A DNA stretch of 64,000 nucleotides from Camelus dromedarius (taxonomy: Eukaryota): NCBI RefSeq assembly GCF_036321535.1, contig NC_087458.1, forward strand, positions 6,758,001 through 6,822,000. The letters are read 5' to 3'. Made by a program: the position numbers and the translations under genes. The notes beneath the pieces were generated by a model. The model ran no database searches and was not told the origin of the DNA. It saw only the letters and a list, made by a program, of their open reading frames with translations. Below, piece after piece: positions 52,624-64,000 of the stretch (position 1 is its first letter; every line of letters begins with the position of its first letter).

Positions 52624-55600
52624 ATGGCCATCAGACCTCATCAGAATAGAGCAAAAGGGTCAAGAAGGAAACTACCCCACACCAGTGAGTCAGCCACCCC
52701 TTCGCAGTGACTGCCAGCGACTGCCAGCCCTACTCCTCCCACCCAATCTCTCCTCTAGGACACCAGCCCTTTGCCCCACTTTGCTGTCTCCCCACCTCCA
52801 CCAGTCTCATCCAGTGTCCGCCTCCAGTCTAGCCCTTTCTTCTTCTCTCCTTCATGTCTGCCCCACTTCCTCAGGGTCCCTCATCCTCCTTCAGGATCCC
52901 CCGAGTTCCTGCCACCCTCAGCCAGGTTACCCCAGCCTCTCCCCACTGCCAGCCTCTAACCCTAGTGAACCAGGTCCCACCAGAAGAGCGGTCTGTCGGC
53001 CCTGCCAGGCTAAACTGCACCATCTCCCAGCGGTACAGAGGTTCCTGAGCTGGGGGCTGCCCGACGCCTGTAGCCGATTCCTGTGGCGCCAGCAGGGCGA
53101 GTTTCCAGTCAGTGCTTTCCTGCTGGGAGCAGGCACTGGGGGGCTCCTGGCCATAGGTGAGTATCAAGTAGAGCTCAGGGGTGGGGCCCATCTTTTGACC
53201 TTTGGCTTGACCCTGTATCCTCAGGTCTCTTCCAGCTCCTGGTGAACCCTATGAACATCTATGAAGATCAGAAGATGGTGACATTGTACAGCTTGGTTGG
53301 TTAGTACTGGGATAAGGACGGGGACACTCAAGAGGCCTGTGAAACACAGCCCACCCCTGGGTGCCCAGGAAGGAGTCTGAGCTTGTTTCTTCTGTTCCCA
53401 AGTGTCCCTTGTAGCCTCAACCTTGTCTTGGGCTTTGAGGGGAGATCCAGAGGGCAGAGGCCCTGAGTCCACAGAAGAAGACACAGTCCTTGCCCTCTCA
53501 AGTCTCCCCAGTCTGAGGGACTCCCTCTTACCCCCATGATATAGTCCAAACCCCAAGACCATTCATGATCCCCATCTCTCCTGACCTCTCTGGCCTTGTT
53601 TCCTGCTGCTCCTGATAAATTCATTTCATTCACTTATTCATTCATTCATTCATTCATTTAGCACTAATTGAGCACCTGCTGAGGCTTCAGCAGTGAACTT
53701 GGTTGACATGCACTCAGCTCTTTTTTTAACTTTAGACTCTTAGAGATTATAATATATATCATACATACTACATCCACATACATACACTGTAATATATAAT
53801 GCATACATGTGTATATCTATACATATGCAGTGACAGCTATAATCTATAATGAGTTCTTTTTTTTAACTGAGATATAGTTGACGTACAATATTATGTTAGT
53901 TTCTGGTGTGCTACATAGTGATTGACATTTGCATATGTCACGGAATAATCACCATGATAAGTCTAGGAACCATCTGTCCACATACAAAGTTATTACAATA
54001 TTATTGACCATGTTCTTTTTTTATTAAAGTATAGTTAATTTACAATATTATATTAGTTTCAGATGTACAACGTATTGATTCAACATTTTAAAGTTATTAC
54101 AAAATACTGGCTATATTCCCTACTGACCAAATTCTTTATGCTATCTATTACATCCCTGTGACTCATTTATTCCATAATTGAAGGTTTTTACCTCTTAATT
54201 CCCTTCACCTATTTCCCCCACTCCTCCCTACCCTCACCCCACACCCAGCTCATTCAGAGTTTACATTCTTTCAAGTTTACAGTCTCATGGAGAGGGTTAG
54301 ACAATAAATGAACAAGAAATAAACAAGAGCATTTCTGATGGTGACAAAAAAGTATGGTATGGTATGAAAAAAGTAAACCTGGGGGATGTGATAGAAAGGG
54401 GCAGGGAGCTACCTTGAGTAGTCAGGGAAGGCCTCTCAGAGGAGGTGACATTTGAATGGAGATCTTGTATCAGGAGGTACTGGGCTGCAAAAACAGAAAA
54501 TCCACCTATAAGTGGTTTAACCATAGAGGAAGTTTATCATGGCACACAGCAAGTTTTAAAGTAGAGTGGTTTTGGGATTTGGATAATTTAGCAGCTCAGT
54601 AAACCCACCCAGGACCCAGCTTCCTTTTGTCTTTTTTCTCTGCCATCTTTGGCCTGTAGATCATTCCTCTTCAGGTCATGAAATGGCTGCAGCAAATCCA
54701 AGCATCACATCCTCATCCAACAATGTCAAAAGACCGAAGCATTCCTTCCTCATGTCTCATAAGAACAAAGAAAACTTCCCATCCACCCTAGCCAACATCC
54801 CCCACACCTCTGTGGTCAGAACTGCAGCACGTGCCCTTTCCTAAACCTCTCCCAGGCAAGGGGCACGGACATGGCATCGACACCAGCTCACTGAACGAAC
54901 TGCCTCTATGGGTTACCAACATGAAACTGCTTTTGTTCCGACCACTGTATTCCTACCTTTCTCCCACTAATGACCTCTCACACAGACCCTTAGCTTTCTG
55001 GTGATTTTAATCTAGAAGACCCAGTCCTGCTTCAGTAATTATGACTGTTTTTAGTGTTTAAAAGGTCTGATCCAGTCTATATCAAATTTTCCATCTCACG
55101 TCCATTCTCAGACATCTTCCCCTCAACTGCCCCCTCGCCCCCTCGCAGCTCAGACCTGTCCCCTGGCATGGGGTCCCACAGTGGAGAAGGGGGCCTGGCT
55201 GGCTCACTCACTTTTTTCTCCACTTCCTTCCCCTTTTGGTTCTTCTGATGTCAGAAAGGGGGTTAGAAGAATTAGAGGAAAAGAGACAAAAGTCTGAAGT
55301 CATCGATACTGTTATAATTCCACCGCCTCTGCATGGCAAGCACTCACACCCTGGCTGTCTCAGGAGGCCCGTTTATGGTCTCTCTGGAGGTTCCGTGTGG
55401 ACCTCACAGTGCCCAGCTTCCTGCTGAGGGCAGTTCTATTTGGCTGACCTCAAATGAGGCTCCCGGTAGCTTCTACAGACCACCCACAGCCTCTTACTTT
55501 TGGATGCTTCCCCCCAAGCAGGCTGCACTCTGGGATGGGGACCCTCACAGATGGCTTAAGGCCTGCTGTCCTCCAAATGTCCTATTGTCCCAGAGGAAGT

Positions 55601-58600
55601 GTGCACTTCCTTGCCTAGCCAAACTCGGAAAGTAGGGTCCCTCGCAGCTGCCCTCTCCTCTGCCGTGGTGAGAAGCAAGTACCACTCTCCACATTCACGA
55701 TTCCCCCACACTCCCGGGTCAGGGGTCCCTGCTGAGCACGCCCATGAACGCTCTCCCTCTCTGGGCCTTGGTGGCAGCCTGGGGAGGGGCCCTGCCAGGC
55801 TCTGCGGCTCAGCGGGCGTCGGGCTGGGAGTGATGAGCCGGGTTCCTCTTCCTGCAGCACCAGCCTCTGAAGGGTTCTCTTAAGTCTGTCACTTGACATG
55901 GGGAAGTGGACACCCATCCTCTCCACAGACTCTCCTCCTCTGTCTGCCTACTCTAACCGCTTCTCTCCACTTCCAGAAAATACAGATTTCGAGTCTTGTC
56001 TTTATGTAGACTGGTTGGCACAGAGGGGTGAGATTAGTTTTGCTCTTCGGGTAAGCCTAGACACGGACATGGGCGAGCTCCACGGGGCTCTCTTTAGAAT
56101 GGAGGGCAACCCTTGGTCAACAGTCATCCTCGGAATGTAGGCCAACTATTGTCAACTATTGTCCTCACCTTGAGTCTTGGGCCAAAAGGCCAAACCCATA
56201 GAACAAGCCGCTTTCGATGTCCTGTTATACCAAACTCAGGATAGACAGATCCAGATTTACCTCCAGGGGCCAAGGCAGGGACAGGCCATTGCCCTTGAAC
56301 AAAACCCAAGTTGTGTTAGCAAGGAAGAAGGCAGAAAAACTGCTGGGTGGCACCCGACAGGGTTTGCAGCAAACCTGTATGACCAGGTGGAGCCGGCCAG
56401 GTGGAGAACAGGGGGAGGAACGCTCCTGGCAGGGGGACCAGCCAGGGCGAAGACCTGAGAGGAGGGATGAGCTATGAGCTTGGCGGGTTCCAGGAACAGC
56501 AACAAGGCCTGTGTGGGCAGACATGGTGGGCGAAGGGCTGAGTGGCACGTGATCACTTCAGAAGGGAGGCCGGGGCCAGATCATGAAAATCTGGAGACCA
56601 CATTCAGGGAGTTTGGATTTGATCCCAAGTGAGGTGGAAAGTCATTGCCTAGTTTGAAGCAGAGAAGGGATGTGATCTGACTTACGTTTTTACAAGATCT
56701 AGCTGCCTTGTGAAAACTGAAGTTTAGGTTAGCAAGAGAGGAATTAGGAGACTAGCTGGTCCCTATGAGGGACGACGGGGACTCCATGAGGGCAGTGGAG
56801 ATGGAGCAGAGTGAGGACTTGGGGTTTAATTTGGTGACCCTTGGGAGAACACTCTATCAATACCAGAATCTTCTAGGTTCCCTGACCAGTTTATGCTGTT
56901 CCTTGGGCCTGGAATGCCGAACAACACTTACTCATCTTCCAGGCCCCGCTGACACATCACCTCCTTTGTCCAGCCTTCCCAGCCCCACCCCTCCCCGCAG
57001 AAATACCCACTCCCTTCTCGGCTCCCACAGCTCTTTATAAGCACCTCCCTGTGCACTTAGCACTTCGTGTTGTAGTCATTTGTTTACCCGTCTGTCTCTC
57101 TCCCTGGATTATGAGCTTCAAGGAGCTCACTGTCTCCTTGCAGAGACCACAGGGGGACACACGTGAAACTGCTAAAACATACCAGGATGTACACAATTAA
57201 GGGCTAAAATTAGGGGCAGAGACTGTGAGTGCTGTAGGTGGCAGAGCACGGGGAATATTGAAGTGGCTGTGACCTCTCTTCTGACGGCTCTGGGCACCAG
57301 TGCCTGTTTCCAGAATTTTTCTCTTGCTTTCTGCTCTCTCAGCACCTATGGTAAGTGTGAATCCAGCCTGGAGGAGGAGAAGTGTTGGCCCCCTTCCCTA
57401 GCACACACACATGTACACATGCAAAGTCAATCCCCGACCATGGCTTTTCAACCTCTAGCCATCTTTCCAAGCCCTTCCAGAGACTGCCACACAGCTGAAC
57501 CCTGTAAATGGCTGTTCAGTAAATGAGTGAGTGGCCTGGAAGGCCTATCAGAGTCACTGTAAGTGGGACACAGGTAGAATGGTGATGGTTCTAGAAGGGA
57601 GTCAAAGAGGGTGGGTGCTCTGCTAAACCTGGTGGGTGAGGCAGCTTCCTCACTCTGCCTCCTCACCTCCTGGGCTCTCCCCACAGGCTTGGGGGCCATG
57701 GGCTGGGGGACCTCCCCTCACATCCGCTGTGCCAGCCTCCTGCTAGTACCCAAGATGCTGGGCAAAGAGGGCCGGCTCTTTGTGCTGGGATACGCCTTGG
57801 CCGCCATCTATGAGGGTGAGTGTGTGCCCCTGGGTACCAGTTAGTCTTCAATGAAGCAGTGACCCCGGGTGGGCCATCCAGTGAGTGCCAGGCCTGGTAA
57901 AGGAGAAGGACTGGGAGTCTCATCCCAGCTGTTCCAACTTGCTGGGTGTCCCTGAGAGAATGCCTCCACATCTCTGGGTCTCCTTAGTTTACACAGGTAA
58001 AAAGATCATGGGTTGAATGAGCTGACCTCTCACCAGTTTCTGGGCCCCATCAGTGTACGCTTCTAGGAGATGGTCACTGCACGCAGAGTAGGAGTTAGGG
58101 GTGGGCTGAAGGAAGTTAATTGGCTCTAGAGGGAGATAATCTACCAGGGCATCTTCCCCCAGGACCAGTGGCCAACCTGCGGCACAACCTCAATGAGGTG
58201 ATAGCATCGCTGGGCTGCACCGTGGAGCTGCAGATCAACAACACCCGCGCGGCCTGGCATGTTTCCACAGCCCCGCTTCGGGCAGTGTTCAAGGACCTGC
58301 TGGTCAGGACCCTGCCCGGCCAGGACCTGGGGGTCCCTCTCCCCGCAGGGCCTAGATGACCTGCGCTGGGGGCTGGGGTCCTGGATTTACAGTTTCCCAA
58401 TGAGGGTGGTACTGGATTTTTTTTTTTTGCAGAACTGTCCCCAAACATTGCACTAAATGGTCCCTGGGCGATAAATGCCAGGATAGCCCCTGTCCCAAGC
58501 CATCGGGACACCCCCAAACACACACTTTTCCAACCACCTGAGTAGGTGGTACTCTGGGTAGCTGAGCTAGAATGCCAGGAAATTGGGGGCCCTGGCCTTG

Positions 58601-61600
58601 AGCACTCTGGAAGCTTTGAGGACCAGAGGATTAGGGAATTGGGTACTAGAAGACTAGAGATGGGGGTTCAGAAGAATTGGAGAGTTGAGGAGCTGGGGAG
58701 ATAAGGACTGAGGGGCTTGGGACCTTGAGTTGGCACAGTGGTCTGCGAGATTAGTGATGGGTGAAGTCCAAGAACCTGGGGAACCCTTCTGGGATGGGAG
58801 GCCTCAGGAGGAGCTGGGAGCCTGGGAGGTGAGCAGAGGCACCTGGGGAGGGGAGAGGGCTCCCAAGGACTATGAACAGTGGAGAATCTGAGATGAAAGT
58901 CTGTCTCAGGGCTTAGTCTCCCTATAGAATTGAGGTAAGAGCCCAAAGCTTGGCTATTGAGGGAAGAACAGGCTGTTGGGCAGCAGAAGCTCTAAGCTCC
59001 CATGTCTGATCCATTTCTTCCCTCCCGCTCCAACCCCAGGGGAGCAAAGATTTGATGAAAGCCGAGACTCAGAACATCACCAACTCCTTTGAGGAGCTGG
59101 ATGCCCAGGTGAACAGTGAGACCGGCTTCACTCCCGAGGATGCCCTGGGCTCAGAGGAGGCAGCCCAAGGCAGAGAGATCCGCCGTGCCTCAGCCTCCAG
59201 ATACCGCCTCTCTACACAGAAGATGTATGAGCTGCGGACCAAGCTGCGTTGCTCCTGTGAGGGTGGGGTCCCTGGGGGGGGGCTGGGGGGGCTCCAGGTG
59301 AGCGTGTGGGGACCTCAGGCACCTGTTGCTCCTTCCCACAGATGTGGTGAACAAGGCCATGCTCCACTGCCGCCACTGGTTTGACCAAAAGCACGAAGAG
59401 TGCATGCAACGCATCTGGGTCCCGCTCCTCAGCCATCTGCTCTGCCTGCCCATGAAGTTCAAGTTCTTCTGTGGCATTGCCAAGGGTCAGCACTGCAGCA
59501 GGAGGGTGGGGAGCACCAGGGCTGGGGTCTGAGTCCTTGGAGACCCCAGGTAGGTGTGGGGCAGAAGGCAATCAGGAGGGGAGGGTTTCGGCTCTGGGGA
59601 CACGGCACCCTCAGATCCCAGCCCCTCCACTGACAGGCTCTGTGACTCGGGTAAGTTTACAGCAAGGCTCTCAGCTTTGTCTCTTCATCTGAAAGATGGG
59701 CACGATGTTATGTTTATCCCACTTGGAGTTTTTGAGGCTTTAAGGGGTAATGTGTGTAAAGCAGGCAACAGCACTGGCACGGAGAGGAATCGCTGTATTA
59801 AATGTTGGCTATCATTATCAACCTTTGGTATGGTTATAGACAGGTGAAAAAATGGGGGAAAGAATTCAAGGAGAGTGAAGGGGGAGAGACTGAGGGTGGT
59901 AGAAAGTCATAGGCAGAGAGACAGAAAAGCAGGATGAAGAGGCTCAGGGGAAGGGAGGACTGGAGGCTGGGTACAGGGAGGTCCCTGACCTGTCCCCTCC
60001 CCACCCCCCGGCCAGTGATGGAGGTCTGGTGCCGCAGCCGCATCCCAGTGGAGGGCAACTTTGGGCAGACCTATGACACCCTCAACCAGTCTATTCGCGG
60101 CCTGGAGGGGGAATTTTCAGCCACTATTAACCTCAAGGTAGGAGGAGGGTGTGAGGGTGGGGATGGGGGCAGGGGGAGATAGGGAGTGGGAGGAGGGCAC
60201 CGGGAAAAGGGTGTGAGGAAGAGCAAGTGAGAGGACACAGGACAGCGGTGACTGGCTGTGAGTGAGGGCACAGGGTGGGGAAGAGGGCCGAGCTTGTGGC
60301 TCACACATACAGGGACCTGACTTGAGGACAGAAGAGTCAGCCAGGTGTGGGAAGGTGTCAGCTCATACAGATGCAGGGGAGCAAGACTGAGTCAAGGAGG
60401 GCAGCGAACAGAAGGAGGTGGCAACCCTAAAGGTCTTGAGAAGAGTCAGGGGACAAGGGCGGGCATCAGAGAAGAGAAGCTGCAGAGAGGCTGGAAGGCT
60501 GGGAGGTTGGGAGGCTGAGAGGCTGAGGCTCTGAGTCGGCCCAACGCCCTCCACCAGGAAGAGAAGCGGGCTGGGGTGCTGGGCCTCAACACGAGCTGGG
60601 AACATGTGAGCACCGAGGTGCGGGACTACGTGAGACGTCAGGAGGCCCAGCTGGAGTGGGCCCTGGGGCTGCTGCACGTGCTGCTCTCCTGCACCTTCCT
60701 GCTCGTCCTCCGCGCGTGAGTCCTCAACCTCCACCCAGAAGCCCCCTCCTATGCTCAGGATGGAAGCCCTGCCCTGAGGGAGGCTCTAAGGATGGAGCTG
60801 CAGAGCCCACCTTCGACTCCAAATGTGAACGTTCTTGGGCCTTTAACTTCACCTTTTTATAAAACTGGGTTTGTTGTTTACACAAAGTTAAAGGAAATGT
60901 GGACATTTTGTCAGAAGGAACGTTACCCAGGTTCCCACCACCTTAAAAGGGTGACTGTCTTCATTTATCTGCCTCCTTCCGGCCTTTATCCTGATGCTGA
61001 CTTTCTTCTTTACTTTTAGCTTTGACTTTTGATTTTTTTTCTTGCCCTTCATATTCCCCTTGGCTCTGACTTTGTGCCATTTTTATCGTCCAATTCTGCT
61101 TTCATTTTCTCCCGCCTGCTGCGTTGGCAGCTACTTTCCCTCCATTTGGACCAAAGTCCTCAACCCCACCCAGCCTGGCGTCTAGCTGGGCTCCTGGGCC
61201 TTACCTGGCTTCCCTGCCGACCTCTGGACCCTCTATGTCCTGTCTCCACCCCCAAATGCCTGAGATGGGCAGGGGCTGGGCAAGGGCAGCCATAGGAGCT
61301 CCTGCTTGGTTGGCCCCATCTGTGGGGCCTAGAGTGACCACAAGTGAGTGGTTACATGTGTGCCCAGGGCCCTGTGGAAGGACAAAGATGAATGAGCCAT
61401 ATTCCTGCCCTCAAGAAGCTCATGGTCTAGGAGAAGCAAGAGAGACATCAACAAAACAGATGGTTCAGGGCTGTACTATGAACTGGCTCTTGGGACAGGG
61501 GTGGGAGCTGAAAAGGTGCCCCTGAGAGGGCCATAATGGGGCTTCAAAAGACTGCAGATAGGGAGCCATGGTCAAGAAGAGAAAAGGAGTTCTCTTGGGC

Positions 61601-63838
61601 CAGGATTCTGGCATTTGTGGGGTGTGGAAGACAGAGGCTGGGGTTGAGGACTGGGCTGAAGCGGGCATGGTCAGAACAGTCTGAAAAATCCCTGCAGGAG
61701 GGCCCTGAACTGCCCCTCAGTTGCAGGGTTTCAGGGTGGACTGGAGCAGCTTGGAGGCAGGGAGGCCAAGGTGGGTCAGAGGTTAGGGAGCCTGGCTGGA
61801 GTGGGGCGTGGCAGGAAGTTGGCCTGAGATGGAGGGAGGAAGGGGAAAGGTGCAGCAGGTCTCAGAGCCAGCTTGGGGAGGGAAGGAAGGAGGCACAAAG
61901 TCAAAAGCCATTTCCAGGCTTTCAACCTGGGTGGGGTCACTCACTGAAGGGACAGAGCTGGCCAGGGGGCGGGGCCCAGGCCCGGCAGCGGTAGGTCTCT
62001 CCACAAGGGGGCGCTCATAGCCTTTCTTTGCATTTATAGTTACTTCTACCTTAAAGGCGAAGACGTGGATTTTTACAGGGTCCCAGAACCAACAGCATTG
62101 GAACTTATGTTTCACAGTTTACAGAGCTTACTTAATGTAATTTTACAGTTTAAAACACATTTCCAACAATTAACATTTTTTTCTTAGGAAACAGAAGCAT
62201 TATATGGGACTTTGGGAGATACACAGAGGGGAGCTACATTTGCACACGCGTGCGCACACACACACACACACACAGAAAACACCGCTGCACTCAAGGGTGT
62301 GTTAGAGGAAAAGGGAAATAGTGGTTGGAATGAATTTTGCTTGAAGTGACTTCCAGGAGATGTTTTGAGGGCTTGGCCAAGAGGTAGGGACTTGAGAGGT
62401 GAATCAGGAAATTCCGGCCACCTTTACGGGTTTCTTGTCTCGGTGCTTTTTCTCCTGCTGTTTCCTCTGCTATTCATCCAGAAAGTTCCACGCCTGGGAA
62501 ACCTTCCCCTACCTCCCATGCCCTTACATGACTCTCCCTCCTCTCCTCACCTCTATTATGTCTCATCAGCGTATGTGTGCATGTCTCTCACTGGGCTGTG
62601 GGCTGCTGAGGGGCAGGGCAGAAGTGCCTTCTCCTAGGACATAGCTGGGGTCCAGTGCATGCTGGGTGGTCGGCTGAATGGCTGTGCGCCCAGGAAGCCC
62701 ACGGCGGGGCGTGGGCAAACCTGGAAGAGACAGAGACCCCCTAATCCACAGGTGCTTCTCCTACGTGGACAGTTATAACGGGGACATCCGCTTTGACAAC
62801 ATCTACATCAGCACCTACTTCTGTCAGATCGATGAACGCAGGAGGAAGCTGGTGAGCGGGCGCAGCCCGGCCCAAGGGCGCCCTGCTCTGTGCCCTGTGT
62901 GGCTTCACGGCCCTGGAGGGCAGCGGGAAAGGGGAGAGGCTGCTCAGTGTTTCTCACTGTGTGGACATTTTCCCAGGGCAAACGGACTCTGCTGCCGCTC
63001 CGCAAAGCTGAGAAGAAAACCGTCATCTTCCCCAGGGACCCCACCATCCAGGCCTCAGAAATGAGAAATGTGGTGAGGGTGGCATGGAGGGGAGACCCCT
63101 GATCCTACAGAGGCAGGGGCCTGAGGGGTGGAGGGCAAAGGCATCAGAAAGGGCTCCAGGCCAGGGCAGGCGACGCTGCCCAGCTCCGCCCCTCCTTCTC
63201 CTTGGGCAGGTAAGGGAGCTCATGGAGACAATGCCCGTGCTGCTGCTGCTGCTGCTGCTCTGTGGCCTGGACTGGGTTCTCTACTCCATCTTCGACACCA
63301 TCCGCCACCACTCTTTCCTGCAGTACTCCTTCCGCAGTGAGCCCAGCCCCCACTCCAGGCTCCAGGCCCAGGAGACAGCCCCCTGGAGAACCCCCACCCC
63401 TGTGCAGCCACCCCACCCCAATTCTTCCCATTTTGCACTTCCTTCTGCGTCTCAGCCCCTCCCTGTCCTCTGCAGGGTCAAGTATCAGCCCTGCAATCTG
63501 ACAGCTGTCACTGGGGGCCTCAGTTTCCAACCCCCCTTTATATTTACCAAAAGGAGGAGTTAGTATTTGGTGAGAGGACAAAAAGTCCTGTGCAGTGAGT
63601 TTTTCTATGCTCTGACCTCTCCCCTTCATCCAGTCCCCATCCTGCCCCATCCCCTTAACTCCAATTCTTTCGTGATCCATACCCACCCCACCACATACCA
63701 CGGCCCCTATTCTGGCTTCAGGCAGTCATAAATTGGAAGTGAAAGTCGGGGGAGACTCTATGCTTGCCCGGCTTCTTCGGAAAACCATCGGGGCCCTGAA
63801 CACCTCCTCAGAGACAGTAGTGGAATCAAACAACATGC
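52624..63838 (+). CDS. DCST1: DC-STAMP domain-containing protein 1 (sperm-egg fusion factor); 3' part beyond the window
   Basis: Exons 52624-52684, 53031-53156, 53225-53299, 57687-57815, 58163-58302, 59040-59256, 59342-59485, 60016-60137, 60558-60715, 62752-62851, 62977-63072, 63210-63336 and 63722-63838, all GT-AG and in phase. Motifs [57 protein letters not shown]. Confidence 0.97.
53857..54240 (-). mobile_element. L1 3' fragment with a second L1 3' fragment (54016-54120) nested inside
   Basis: Two poly-T-headed copies of AGTATAGTT...TACAATATTAT.TTAGTTTC.G.TGT. Imperfect duplication TATTGACCATGTTC / TACTGACCAAATTC flanks the inner copy. Confidence 0.7.
54466..56367. mobile_element. MLT1-type (ERVL-MaLR) LTR split in two (~54466-54880 and ~56240-56367) by an unidentified insert; itself inserted in an L2
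   Basis: Left part GGCTGCAAAAACAGAAAATCC...AAATGGCTGCAGCAAATCCAAGCATCACATCC...TTCCTAAACC. Right part CCTTGAACAAAACCCAAGTTGTGTTAGCAAGGAAGAAGG. L2 sequence ends at ~54465 and resumes at ~56450. Confidence 0.55.
56450..56900. mobile_element. L2 LINE (continuation of 53630-53720 and 54290-54465)
   Basis: GGGCCAGATCATGAAAATC...GGGAGTTTGGATTTGATCCCAAGTGAGGTGGAAAGTCATTG...GATGTGATCTGACTTACGTTTT. Confidence 0.6.
61320..61960. mobile_element. L2 LINE fragment
   Basis: ATTCCTGCCCTCAAGAAGCTCATGGTCTAGGAG...CATTTCCAGGCTTTCAACCTGGGTGGGG. Confidence 0.5.
62242..62273. repeat. (CA)n microsatellite
   Basis: GCACACGCGTGCGCACACACACACACACACACA. Confidence 0.9.
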
Positions 63839-64000
63839 GTGAGTGATGCTAAAAGTTTGGATCAGAGGAACTGAGGGCGGAGGGCGGGTGGAGACAGAGT
63901 CTTTCCAGGACAAAGCGTTGGGCGACCGCCTTGGGTTTGGTGAGATGGCGAAGTGGCGAGGTTGGGTTGGAGAAATCAGAGCGGGAAACATCAGGTCAGA

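Noticed and set aside
55615-56458. 80-103 aa ORFs in DCST1 intron 4
   Set aside because: No recognisable protein family or splice structure. Kept only as part of the unidentified nested insert.

Overview
Mammalian genomic DNA syntenic to human 1q21.3. Gene order is SHC1 (-, 5' part only), CKS1B (+), FLAD1 (+), LENEP (+), ZBTB7B/ThPOK (+), DCST2 (-) and DCST1 (+, running off the right edge). A tRNA-derived SINE with a camelid-type tail points to a camelid genome. I traced all visible coding exons by hand through GT-AG junctions with consistent phase: CKS1B 79 aa, FLAD1 490 aa, LENEP 61 aa, DCST2 715 aa. Parts of SHC1 and ZBTB7B fall in N-gaps that sit in the GC-rich segments. No bacterial-type system or CRISPR array is present. 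The most unusual observations: a 42-bp copy of DCST2 exon 6 in intron 2 beside the exon 3 acceptor; an early DCST2 stop with a decayed ancestral tail; a dead human-type long-isoform ATG in FLAD1, with an open in-frame CUG-startable, presequence-like extension and a decayed ~33-bp repeat array upstream; an inverted pair of ZNF143-type motifs forming a ~75-nt hairpin around a Runx site in ZBTB7B intron 1; and a ~1.35-kb unidentified insert nested in an LTR nested in an L2. Comparisons with human or mouse are from memory, not from alignments.
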